Origin: Mytilus edulis
Lineage: Eukaryota
Length of the DNA stretch: 64,000 bases
Direction: 5' to 3'
NCBI RefSeq assembly: GCF_963676685.1
Contig: NC_092346.1
Location: 25,668,001-25,732,000 of the forward strand
Position 1 is the first letter of the stretch; each line of letters starts with the position of its first letter. The translations under genes were made by a program, and so were the position numbers. The notes under the pieces were generated by a model, which saw only the letters and a program-made list of their open reading frames with translations, was not told the DNA's origin and made no database searches. Below, one piece after another: positions 24,061-36,354 of the stretch.

Positions 24061-25213
24061 ATAAATCTGTCTACATTTTAGAAAGACTGATACCTTTAAA
24101 ACCAATGAAACAAAACCAAAACCTTGCAATTTGCCAAAATGACAACATGATTGTCTTTTCAGATGAGGGCTTTAACTTTTTTTTGTCATGTTGTTAAAAA
24201 TATATATACAATTAAGTTTTAATTATGCCCCAAATTCTTTTGCTATTGATATGGTTATTTGAAACCATGATTTGAACAACCTACATTAGTTAAAGTCTTG
24301 ATCATATTTAAAATTGATAAATGCAATATTCTTATTGCAAAAATTATGATTTACTGACTGGTTTTGAGTTTGAACATATGTTAAAATGGGCTTAAAGTCA
24401 TATATTATGATTTTTTTCCATTCAGTTCTTAATTTCTTTAATAGATATAGTAACTAATCATAAAAGGACTTTTCAGTGCAATGTTTTCTGGGAATATTGC
24501 ATTGTGAAAAATTGTTATAATAGACAATTCAATTAGTACAATCAAACTAGTGTTTCTCCTTATACTTAAACATTGGTTGACTCTTGAGAAACATTTAACA
24601 TTGGATAGCTGTACGTTTTAAATTTATGTCAAATTCCTTTGTTCATTTAATGTTTGTTACAAATGTGTTTGTGTGGCTTATACTAAGTCAAATATAGTGC
24701 ATAGATTTTAAAGTTATAATTATTAAATTGAAAAATTTCTGACATAGGGAAAAAGTTGCACCAACTGCAGTATGGTTTGTCTTAAATTATAGACAGTAAA
24801 GTATATATTTAAATACCACTAACATCAATGTCATCTGCATTGAAGTTTATATAATAAACTAAGCTTACTAATTCATGAAACATTAGCAGTTTAGCTTGTA
24901 GATTTGTGGGTTTTCAGGGTTGATTCATGATAAATATATACACACAAAGTTTTTATTTATAGTCTGCATATTATATCTTTATTTAAGGATCATTATATTT
25001 ATATTTATGCAAATGTTCTATGCAAATTTTTCTATTGCTAATTTATAATTTTTGTATTGTTTGAAATAAATATTGTATGTTTTCTTTGTTAAGAATGTCA
25101 GTCAGAGGTAATTCTTATCCAAGTGTTTTTTATTTACTTGAATATGTGAATAATTTTGGAGTTGGAATTATGTCCCTTGGACATATAGATTTTTTTTAAC
25201 TAATATATAAATA

Positions 25214-25394
25214 CAGTGTAACCTACCTAATCCGACACCTGAGTATTCCGACATCCTGCTTTAACCAACACATTTTCATGGTCCCAAAGAATGCCTATCA
25301 TGGCGGGAGAAAACCTGAATATTCCAACACCCTGCTTAATCTGACATTTTTTCTGGTCCCCCAGTGTGTCGGGTAACACAGGTTTAATACACTG
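25214..25394. mobile_element. Tc1/mariner-type MITE (second copy at 34890-35067, opposite orientation)
   Basis: TA|CAGTGTAACCT...AGGTT..TACACTG|TA termini; internal tccgacacctgagtattccgacatcctgctt repeats shared by both copies. Confidence 0.75.
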
Positions 25395-28300
25395 TACATT
25401 TTGTAAGTCAAACTTTGAAGAAATTGCTCTTTAATGATGTTCAAAGGTCTGTTTTTGTTGTTGTAGTCTTTTATTCTATCCTCAAAAGTATTATTTTAGG
25501 GACAATGAAATGATTAAGGGGAGATCATTCAAATTTTGATAGAAAATTAAAATCTTACAAATTTTCTCATACAAGTAATTAGAATAACTAATATAACATC
25601 TTCAAGTGAATAAATATGGCTTGTATTAGTACTACCTCTGATTGAATGTTATAGTATAAGTCCCTCCAAAGGTTGTTTGTAGTAAGGAAATGTTCATTAA
25701 AAATTTCTTAGTATTAATGGTTAAAGATTACTTAACATAGAGATGTGACCAGAAAATTAAGACAATCTCAAGAATCTCTCAAAGAAAAATCCCAAAACGT
25801 AGCTATGTCCAGTTGCAGCTGGTAGTTTAGTAGACTTATGTCCTAGTAACCTTTTGATAACCTTTTGACGACTGTTAAGTTTGTTACCATTGTCTTTTGA
25901 TTAAAAATTCCTTAAGACTGTGTTGTTTTGTGTCATATTTAATATAGTGTATTAATTTATTGCTATTATAGAAGTGATAGGTATAGAGTTATGTTTGTGA
26001 TAGTTTTGTATATTTTTCTTTAGCTCATGACAGTAAATGTCATTGAGTGCTTATTTCATTTTCTGTCAGAGGTTAAACCTTTCCACTTTTTAATGCTAAA
26101 ATAAAGTCTGTAAATTTTGTCCCATTTACCATACTAAATGAAAAAAAAGTTGTTTAATGTTTTATGGATTTAAGAATTATCATACAATCAAAATAATAAA
26201 AAGCATTCTTTGCAATGCATGTAAAAGCCACTACTTAAGGCTGAGTGAGATATGACACTTAGATTGAACAAAAGAAATTGCATGTCAACTCCTATGGGTA
26301 GGCAGAGTGAACAAGCTAGAAATTATGCCCACCTGGTGCCCACTCCCATTGTGGACGTGTGGACAAAGCAAAATAAACCTGAGGTGTAGTGTACATATAG
26401 TTCAAATTCACTGTAAAATAAAAGAATTAAGAATGTTGTGTTTTAATTGACATCCTAACATATTATGAATATAATTTTTTTGTTGGCAAAATCAAGATGA
26501 ATGTCTTGTTTCTTAAAGTGTAATGTTTTAAAATCTTTGTTTTAAGAATAATAAGTACATGGTAAATAAACTTATCTTTCAAAAACGTAATAAAAAGAAA
26601 TCATGCAATTAATTTCTCAGATTAGTATACTTAAATTTTCTTAAAATACATACACATTTAATGTAAGTGTATTCCCCCAATCATTTATTACATAAGCACA
26701 CAAATCTATAAATAGATTAATGATGTAATTTCTAATGTTAAATTGATGTTGCTACAGTAAAAAAAATTGATTGCTTTTGAAATGATTGCAAATGAATATG
26801 GTACAAATATATGAATGTTTTACATGAAAATTATAATTTGATTGTTTTATAATGTGGGAAGTTTTGATTTAAATATTTGCATAACTAGTGGTAACTCTTT
26901 TGTCTTATGAGGGATTAATTAATTAACTGCAGTAAATTCAGATAAAATTTGGGTATTTATGTATCATTGAACAACTGAAATAGCTGACAAAAAAGAGAGT
27001 AAATCAAGTTGACTTCCATTAAATGTGAAAAACAGTTTATACATTTAAATAGGTCTCAATTATAATGGTTTGGATCTCCACCAAATATGTAGACTACATA
27101 AAAGGAGATATTGTAAAGATATCTGAACTGACATAATTAGTCATGACTACTTCTTGTATGTCTTACTTTGAGGGATTTTAAATGTTTTTAGATTTCAGGG
27201 TAGTTCAAATCAAATCAGAAATTCCTGCTCCAGTCTCATTGTGGGGGTCCTGAACTTGGTCATTGATATGATTTATGTTGAATACAACACCATTAATTGA
27301 ATAAATTAAATATCAATCATGCATTGACTGTGGTGCTTCATAAAAATAATCAAAACATTGTTTTATTGGGCTGGAGGACACACTAAATTACATTTGAGCT
27401 AATTTTTAAATTAAACATAAATCAAGCAATTAATTTTGGAAAATACTTGGCCTCACCTGTAATAATCAAATACAGTATATAATATCTATTAATTTTGTAT
27501 GATCAATTTTGTCCTTCTTAATTCTGGGTACAGTTGCAATTATTTCAAGTAGAATTTTCTGATTTTTTACATATTGGTTCATGTGGGTGTTCATGGGGAT
27601 TTTTCAATGGTTATTTTATGTTGCTGAAAGTGGGTCAACTTGTGTATGATATTTTTTATTACTATATTTTGAATTTTGTATGATAAATTTTGTCATACTT
27701 AAATCTGGATATTGTTGGTTCAAGTAGAATCTATTGTTTAATAAAATTTCGCTTGTAGATTTACTGTTATTCAAATGTATAAGTTTTAAGGCATAGAAGT
27801 GGGAAATAGGCAACAGTTAATAGTGTGATGTTTGGACAATGAGAGGACAAAATTACCATCTTCATCTTATTGCTTTCAGTATGTGGGATGGTAAGTTTGA
27901 CTCGTCAATTGCTCAAACTAGGATTTAGAAATGACAATTGCTGTTTCTCTGAAAAACATGCAGCATTAAGAAGTAACAGCAAGGACTAGTTTTCACAAAG
28001 TCAGAATAATGTGTCGCTGTAGGGTGATTTGTCTTTTTTCAAACAGCTAATTTATAGGGTAGAAAGTATAAAAAAGGATGTGGTATGGAACAGAGTTGGA
28101 TGTATTCATTTCTTAACAACTGGATATTGTCCTTGAAATAATTTTAATTTTGTCAAAACAATTGCTGCTTAGTGTTTTTCAGAAGACATCATTCAATTTT
28201 TTACAGCCTGTAGCTGAAGTTTCAAGAGATATTTTTTTCTGTCCATCCATATTTTTTTAACTTTTGATGTGTCTCATTGTTTTATCTTTCTGCTGAGATC

Positions 28301-28904
28301 AGTGTGTATTCTATAAGTAAATTCTTCATTAGCTACTTATAAACAATCAAAGTGCCATATTGACTTTAGCAAGGTCATAGTAGACTTACAAAATACTTTC
28401 AGAGTCGGGTTTCTTATTTCCAATACATTATAATAAATGTGTGTATTGTAACTGTAATTTTCCCTTGGTTCTTTGGATATTTTTTCATTTTAGAACATGT
28501 AACATGTTTTTGTCAGAGATGAAATATTCATTAGTTATATGTAATACAACACTGATGACCACAAAATGTAATGATTGGAATAAAAATAGATGCATCTCCA
28601 CTCCTTTTCTTTAAATTTATTTTTTTGTACACTGATGTTATATATCTTATGACAATTATTATTTAATCCTCGTTACTGTGATAAATGTTTGTATGGCAAT
28701 AAAACTTTTAAAAAATCAATTTAGTTTATATGCTTCTGAGGAATTTGGTTTTAAAATCTTTTTGAAATTTTCGTCACACATGATACAACTGTACATAGAA
28801 TACCACATAAGGATGTGAAAAAAAGAAGGCATCATATAGACAAAGGAAAGTGAAAACTTTTTATTTATACATAGATTTTAAGTTGTCAATGCAGATTTTG
28901 TTGT

Positions 28905-29525
28905 CAAATATGTTGGCGGTTTTGGCGTTGTCGTCAACAATGTATTATTTTGTGATTAGGTCTAGTTTATGGTGAACCACTAGTGGTAAGTCAAAGATAT
29001 TTGGTATGCAGTTGTATTAGTATTGGCACATCTCATTTCCATGGAGAGTTTTGGGCCTGCCCCCTCAGTCATGGTCAATTGACTTTGAAACTTTTGCTTT
29101 TTTTTTTATGTATGTTTGTGATTAGATCAGTTTATGGGAAACCACCAGTGGTAATTTAATGATAATTGGAATGCAGTTGTATAAGCATTGGCATATCTTA
29201 TTTCCATGGAGATTATTTGGGCCTGCCCCCTCAGTCATGGTCTATTGACTTTGAAACTTTTGCTTAGTTTTCATGTATTAGTTTGTGATTTGGTAAGTTA
29301 ATGGGGAACCACTAGTGGTAAGTTAATAATGATTGGTATGCAGTTGTATAAGCATTGGCATATCTCATTTCCATGGATATTGTTAAGCCATGTTCCCTCA
29401 GTCATGGTTCATTGACTTTGAATATTTGCAAAACTTACATGTTAAATTGTTGCTATTTTAATTTCAACATTTGCATTATTGAAATTACAAAAAGCGAGAC
29501 ATATCTCTGTGATAACAGTTTATTA
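28905..29525 (+). repeat. Three 166-167-bp tandem units inside a probable Helentron-associated (HINE-like) element
   Basis: Units start at 28951, 29117 and 29284 (tgtgatt...ggaaccactagtggtaa...ggtatgcagttgtat...ccctcagtcatggtc.attgactttgaa). A short gtc-type microsatellite lies upstream and gagacatatctc downstream. The HINE assignment is inference. Confidence 0.6.
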
Positions 29526-32267
29526 TGCGTCCAAAGCTTTTCTGGATTTACCTTCATTAGGAAAATATTTAAAGGCAAGGCTGTAAGAGCTGAAACAGGT
29601 GACGAGCTATATCATTTTTGTCATTATAAATCCCCACAGACGCAAGGAACCTGCATCAAATAATGTTTGATTTTAAAAAGAAAAATTGAAGAGACTGAAC
29701 ATATCAAAGGTACATTCAAAACAAATTAACTGAAGAGATACTGACAACCACATGACAAAAAAGAGTTACTATAGAAATACAGATATCCACAAAACACTCC
29801 TTAAAAATCTAAAGGCTGAATAACGTGATCCACACAAAAATTGGGGGTTTTATTGTTCTGACAATTTGAAAATCTATTTTAAGAACTAAATCATGTAAAA
29901 TAGTTGCTGCGGCGTATACTTTGCTAATAGAGCAAATATAACCGGAGTAAAATTGTTCAATTGGTCAAGATCTATCAGCCTTGAAATTTTCAGAAGAATC
30001 GGACAACCCATTATTGGGTTGCTGCCACTGAATTAGTAGTTTTAACGAAATTTTGCAGTTTTTTATTTTTATTTTGAATATTTTTATGAACTGTAAACAG
30101 CAATAATGTTCAGCAAAGTAAGAACTACAAAAATATTACAAAAATGGAGCAAAATGACTCTCACCTCATTGCAATTTTAAAACTTGAGCGAACTTATATT
30201 TTATTTGCAAAAATAATTTTAGATAAATTTAATCAGATGTTACACCACCAAATCTGACCCGGTAAAAAAGAAAAAACACACAGGAAAGTAGTACATATTT
30301 TAAACAAAATAGTTCCTACCCATAGTTGTAAATATATAAACATGAAGAAAAAAGTAAAACCACAAAAAAAAATTGAACTAAGAGGAATTTTAAAACGGAA
30401 AGCCCTAATAATAAGTCTAGAATATATTTTGAATAATATATTTTAGTTATTCAAGTATCAAATAAAATGTGAAGAAATGGTGACCCTGTGAGAACATATA
30501 TTGACTGATTATTTTGAAAAATACAAAATTTTAGTACACCATCCAACAGCGGTAACAGATTAGATAGATTTAAACTTGATTTTTTTTTTTAAATTTCTGT
30601 GCATTTTAAAACTGTTTGTAAGTTAGTGAGTAATAGAGAAATTTTCCATTCTCCTCTTTTCTGGTATGATTTAACTAATAATAGTATAACATTATTTGCC
30701 TATATTGATTTTTTGTATGTTTATTCGAGGATATTTCCTCATCTTTATTTTGCACCTGCTTCAAATGCAGGAGGATGTTGGGGTTGATCCGTCAATTGAT
30801 CAAACTAGACACCAATTAAGAGTAAGAGCATATATTATTTGGCTCAAAGTCAGAATAATGTGTCTATGAAAGATTACATGGTAATTTAGGGGCTAGCATG
30901 TTGAAAATCGGGTGTTATCAGGTACACAGATGGGTGTATTCATTTCTAATTTGGTTGTTCTGAAAATGGATGATATTACTTTTTATTATAATTTTTCTGC
31001 TGGATGTTTCTAAGGTTTTGCATCAGACACTCATTCAATCTATTACCTAATGCTTAATGTGCAAGTGCTAGCTGTTGGCAAATCACTTTTTCTCTGTCCA
31101 TCCATCTGTTTTATACTCCTTTGTATACCTTTCTGCTTATTTAAGTTTTTATTTTATTAGTGAGTTCTTAACTAACTTCTTAACAAACATTAAGTCCCAT
31201 ATTGATACTTTTTTTCTGGTCAAAGGGAGACATTTAGAATGGTTTCAGGGTTGGATTTGCCATTACAAATGCATTATGATAAATGTTTGTAATGATGTGT
31301 TACCAAGGCTTCCTTGGACGTTGTTTTTAAAATATTTTGTTTATTTATTTTTATTTAAAAAAAGTTAAATGTTTACCCTAGAATGAATCATTATGAAGTA
31401 GTTTTGTACACGTAAGATGTAAGATGTTTTCATCAGAGATGAAATCTTCAGTATTTAAATGTACACAACACCGATGTGCACCAAATGTAATGATTGAAAT
31501 AAAAATAGAAGTATATTCGCTTCCTTGTACTTACAATTTGTTTTTGTACACTGTCGTAATTTCTCTTATTATTCAATTTTTTCACTGTGATAAATGTTTG
31601 TATGGCAATTAATCTTTAAAATTTAATTGAGTTCAAGTTATTTTTGTGCTCACTATACCATAACGAATTTACTGGCAAATGGCTTCTCAGGAATTTGGTT
31701 TTAAAATGAAAAATAATATTTTGTAATTTTCGTCACATACGATACAACTGTATATAATACCTCATTATGATGAAGATAAAATAAGCAACATTAATTTACG
31801 TTTTTTGATTGAGTTCAGCTTTCCAATTGATATTTTATCGTGTGGTATTCTATGTTGTGATGTTATGCTATTGTTTCAGAAAAAGAGAGAAGGTTTGGTA
31901 CCGTTAAAACGTTTAATCCCGCTGCAAATATTTGCACCTGTCCAAAGTCAGAAATCTGATGTACAGTAGTTGTCGTTTGTTTATGTAATTTATACGTGTG
32001 TCTCGTTTCTCGTTTTTTATATAGATTAGTCCGTTGGGTTTCCCGTTTGCATGGGTTTACACTAGTACTTTTAGGTCCCGTTATAGCTTTTTGTTCGGTG
32101 TGAGCCAAGGCTTCGTGTTGAAGGCCGTACATTGACCTTTAATGGTTTACTTTTATAAATTGTTATTTGAATGGAGAGTTGTCTTATTGGCACTCACACC
32201 ACATCTTCCTGTTATATCTAACCATAGACGAAAGTTAAAACTATGTTTATATATTGTCAGTTGTTAA

Positions 32268-32871
32268 AGGGGCATTAGCTACGAAATAGAATAAAGAGAT
32301 TAAATGTGATTTATTTAATTTGTTAAATCATTAATGAAAATGAGAAAGTGAAATCAGAATACGCATTTAGCAACCAGTCCAGTTCAATTTTGTAAAAATA
32401 AGCTTAGAAACATCACTGATTGCCACATTGAATCCGTAGCCTTGTGACCTTCAATTTCAACCCTTATCCGAAGATTGGTTATATATGAATTAAGCGATTT
32501 AAAGGAAAAGAATGTCAATATTGCAAATAAAACAAGGATGAGCCATTTGGTTGACTGATTCTATCCACAAAAAATATTCTATACAGGTAAAACGGCGATA
32601 AATATACGTTTAATCTACAATATGAAATAAAACAGACCTAGAAAAATCTAAATGCACGTGGTCCCTATCTATTTATATTAATGTTTATATCAGGTAATAT
32701 GATTGTCGGCAGTCTTCGGATGTCATCTCAATGGTTAATTAGACGACGCCTAGACAAAAAACATGCGAAATTCAGATACATACCATCGAGTCCATGCATT
32801 GTTAGTTTTATACTTTTTGTTTAACTAGTTAGATTTAAATATGTGAACATGAATTTGACAACTATTGCCCC
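32268..32871. mobile_element. Kolobok-like non-autonomous DNA transposon
   Basis: TTAA|AGGGGCATTAG...CTATTGCCCC|TTAA; it is absent from the paralogous segment near 28880. Confidence 0.55.
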
Positions 32872-34169
32872 TTAAATGCAGATGGTGTTATTAAGGAGCT
32901 TTGTACATGTATGATGCTTTAGGGACATTTATTTTACAATATATAAATATTTATCGAGTGTAAATATTGCAAATGTGGTATAATTGCCAATGACGAAAAA
33001 AGTAAATAACTACAGGTCACTTTAACAATAAGCAGAAACCAGTTCGTAAAAGGACCAGCGAAATAAATTTAAAAACATTCCAATTCTATTTATCATCGGA
33101 CAAGGAGGTTGAACCGTGAATCATAATTAACCTCATATTTTATCATATCATAATAATTTAGGGGACTTCCCATGCCTGCTAAATGTTGGGCAGCTTGTCA
33201 GTGGCATGATGGTTATCATTTGAATGAAAAAAAAACCTTTTATTTTAACTTGCTGGGTTGTCTATATTCAGATTTAAAATCTTTATAAAAAAAAGAAGAA
33301 AGCAAATGGTTTTGTGTTAAAAAAAAACCAACACTTATTCCTTTTAGAACAGAATCCGAAGGTCGTACAAAAAATATGTATAAATAATTGAGGAAGAGGA
33401 TACCAAGGGTACACAAAAGGTTATAGCCTTAACTGTTGTTTAACCTATTTAGTAGCCTTTACTCGTATCCCTGTGGTAACTCTTCTGAAACCTCTCTCTC
33501 TCAAATAACTTCAGACCACGCTTTAACGGTCTGTATTCGTACTGAAAATCAAAATCAGTCGAGCTTTATACTTTTAATTGCCTTTTTATCATTATTTATG
33601 AGTATTTATTAGAATACTAGTACTAGAGAATCACAGAGAAAATAAGATATTGCAATCATTTGTTTAACCTTCAAACGTACCAAACAAAACAAATTTGAAA
33701 TAGACATGATCGCAGACACGTAAACACCCTACATCCAAATTTAATTGTGTACGAAAGAGTAAAAGACACATCAAAACTATAGTCAGTATTATAGGCTTGA
33801 CAATTGCGTTGGAAATGGTGCAAGAAAATTGGTACCGTTAATTTTATAAATACTTTTCAAATATTTGATTTAACTAATTATGAAAATTATTGTTTCTGTC
33901 ATATTCCATTGTCCTTGACCTTATTTTTATGGTAACTACTTGAAAAAACATAGTTCTTGTGAAATACTCACTTATGATGTGTAATAGGATAAATATTTTG
34001 CAAAATATGTAGTAAAATTATTTCAAAACTTGATAACGAATTTCTTTTATTTGGTTAAGGTCAAGTTGCTGTGAATTATTGTCAACATTTCTTTTTTTCA
34101 CTTCCTATCAAGGTGAGTGAACAATAAATGGGCTATGTCACAGAATTGTCTAATTTTTTTCGTACAACT

Positions 34170-34702
34170 TTGACTCGTTGAACTATATATGAAAATTGAA
34201 AAATTAATGCATTTATATCTTTATTCATCTTAAAACATCATTTGTATAGAAAGCACATACAATCGACGAAAATATTTCTTAAATTTGTCTTAAAATGCTA
34301 ATACATATATAGATTTTTTTAAAACTATATGTTGTTGATACATAGATTTCTGTTTTAATGACATAAACAATTATTTGGTCACCGACTTCGTTTTTTGTCT
34401 GATAATCAATACGTTGCCTAGTTGTTCGTGAAAAACTTCAAAAATTTACGTTTTACGGCCTGTAACGCGATGTCGTTACGATAATTTGGATGTTTTGTGG
34501 TATTTTTAAGCTAGAACACCACTTTGGATGATATATACCGTAAAAACGAAGTCGATGACCCAATGATTATTTTACATCATTAAAACGGAAATTGATACAT
34601 CAACAACATATAAATTTTTTTATTCAATCAGTAATATTTCAGATGATAAAAAAGATAAATGCATAATTTTTATCGTTTTTTAGATATAGTTCAACGAGTT
34701 AA
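34170..34702. mobile_element. Fold-back MITE with ~225-bp imperfect inverted repeats
   Basis: ctcgttgaactatat...tgcatttat...tgttgttgat...gacttcgtttt is mirrored by aaaacgaagtc...atcaacaaca...ataaatgca...atatagttcaacgag; flanked by TTGA/TTAA. Confidence 0.7.
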
Positions 34703-34802
34703 GAAATAAAGACATTTAAACAATAATTTGGCAATCACTTGAGGTTTATTTATAAAATGAAAACAGAAATAACATACTAAATTAGAATATATTGGATCCG
34801 AG

Positions 34803-34844
34803 CGTTACTGATGAGTCTTTTTTAGACGAAACGCGCGTCTGGCG
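34803..34844 (+). ncRNA. Type-I hammerhead ribozyme, intact core, in a retrozyme fragment (34794-34887)
   Basis: CGUUA-CUGAUGA-GUC-UUUUUUA-GAC-GAAAC-GCGC-GUC-UGGCG. Confidence 0.85.
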
Positions 34845-36354
34845 TATTTACAAAGTTTAGTCCTGGAATCTATGATGAGTTTATTTGTACAGTGTAACCT
34901 GTGTAATCCGACATACACTAGGGGATTAGAAAAAATGTCGGATTAAGCAGGATGTCGGAATACTCAGGTTTTGTCTTCAAGGATAGGGATAATTTGGAAC
35001 AATGAAAATGTGTCGGTTAAAGCAGGATGTTAGAATACTTAGGTGTCGGATTAAGAAGTTAACACTGAGAGTTATAGAGATATATATTCTTATATGAATT
35101 TACGTTATTTATATTAAAATGATGGTAACACATAGAGGTGTGCTGTCCATTAAAGGGTCCAGAGTAACAATAAATGGGTTATATTATAAACTTTGTTTGT
35201 AAGAAATTACTCATTTTATTTATTTTCATACTAGATGTTAATCAATCAAATAAAAACTGACCAGGTTATACTATTTTTTATATAATTTTGAATTATGTTT
35301 GAAAAATATATGTAATAATATATTTTTTTACTATTTTGCACATTTTAAATGCCGTGATTGCCACCTAAACATTTGTCTGTTTATGATACTTGAAGTAAAA
35401 CCTTGATATCACAGACTTTCAATATAAGTTAAATCATGAGTAAATCGGTCAAGACATTTAAACCTGTGCACTCTTGTTGAATTATATTTTGAAAATATCT
35501 CTCTCTCTCTCTCTTTAATTTATAGTCCAAATGTTGAAAATAAGGCAAGCATTTTTTATATTGAGGACACAATTTTATTATGTTTATACTTTGAACGTAG
35601 TATTCCCACTATAGTTTTAAATGTCATGCCATTTAATGTATATATATATCTGACAACATGGGTTGGTTAGCAACATAAATTGCTGGCATCTACGAAGAAT
35701 GTAACCTCGAAATATTGCCGATCATCGATTGCTTTTTTTCAAACTGAACTTTTATGAATGGGATTGAATGCATTTGGCGAAATGAATAGGTGTGTTTTCG
35801 GTTCTTCCAGATCCTATTTTGCCGAAAATAGTGGGCACCCGCAAATGTCGACCAAATAACAAAAGTAGTAAGACCAAGAACGAAGTTGTAAGGACGGTAA
35901 AAGCCTAATATTCCGAATAATGTACCAAATACGACAATCAAGTCCTTGGTGTAGAAATAGGCCAAGTTATTTCCATGATTTGTTTAACATTAAACTACAA
36001 AACTATAATTTCATATCACAGGTAACAGCAGGTCCCAAAGAGACAGAACAACCAGGTATGCTATGAAATCGTTTCATATTAATACTGCACATATCGGGAA
36101 GGAGCTGTCTAAGTCTAATCAATGTCAAGTACTTGAGGTAAATGAAAGCAAAGAACAGTATAAGGTGCTATTTTTTCATCATCATCTTCTTCTTCTGTTT
36201 CTTCCTTTTTACTGTTATGATAGTTCATTAAAGTGCTGGTAACAGCATAATGTACCTGTACGCCTTATTTTGATGCTGTACACAATTTTTGATAACATAA
36301 AATCTAAATAAAAAAATCCAGGAACAACAAAAAGCAACAAAAGATTAGTTACGT

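Noticed and set aside
23574-24129. Minus-strand ORFs of 137 aa and 79 aa
   Set aside because: Antisense shadows of the transporter's last exon.
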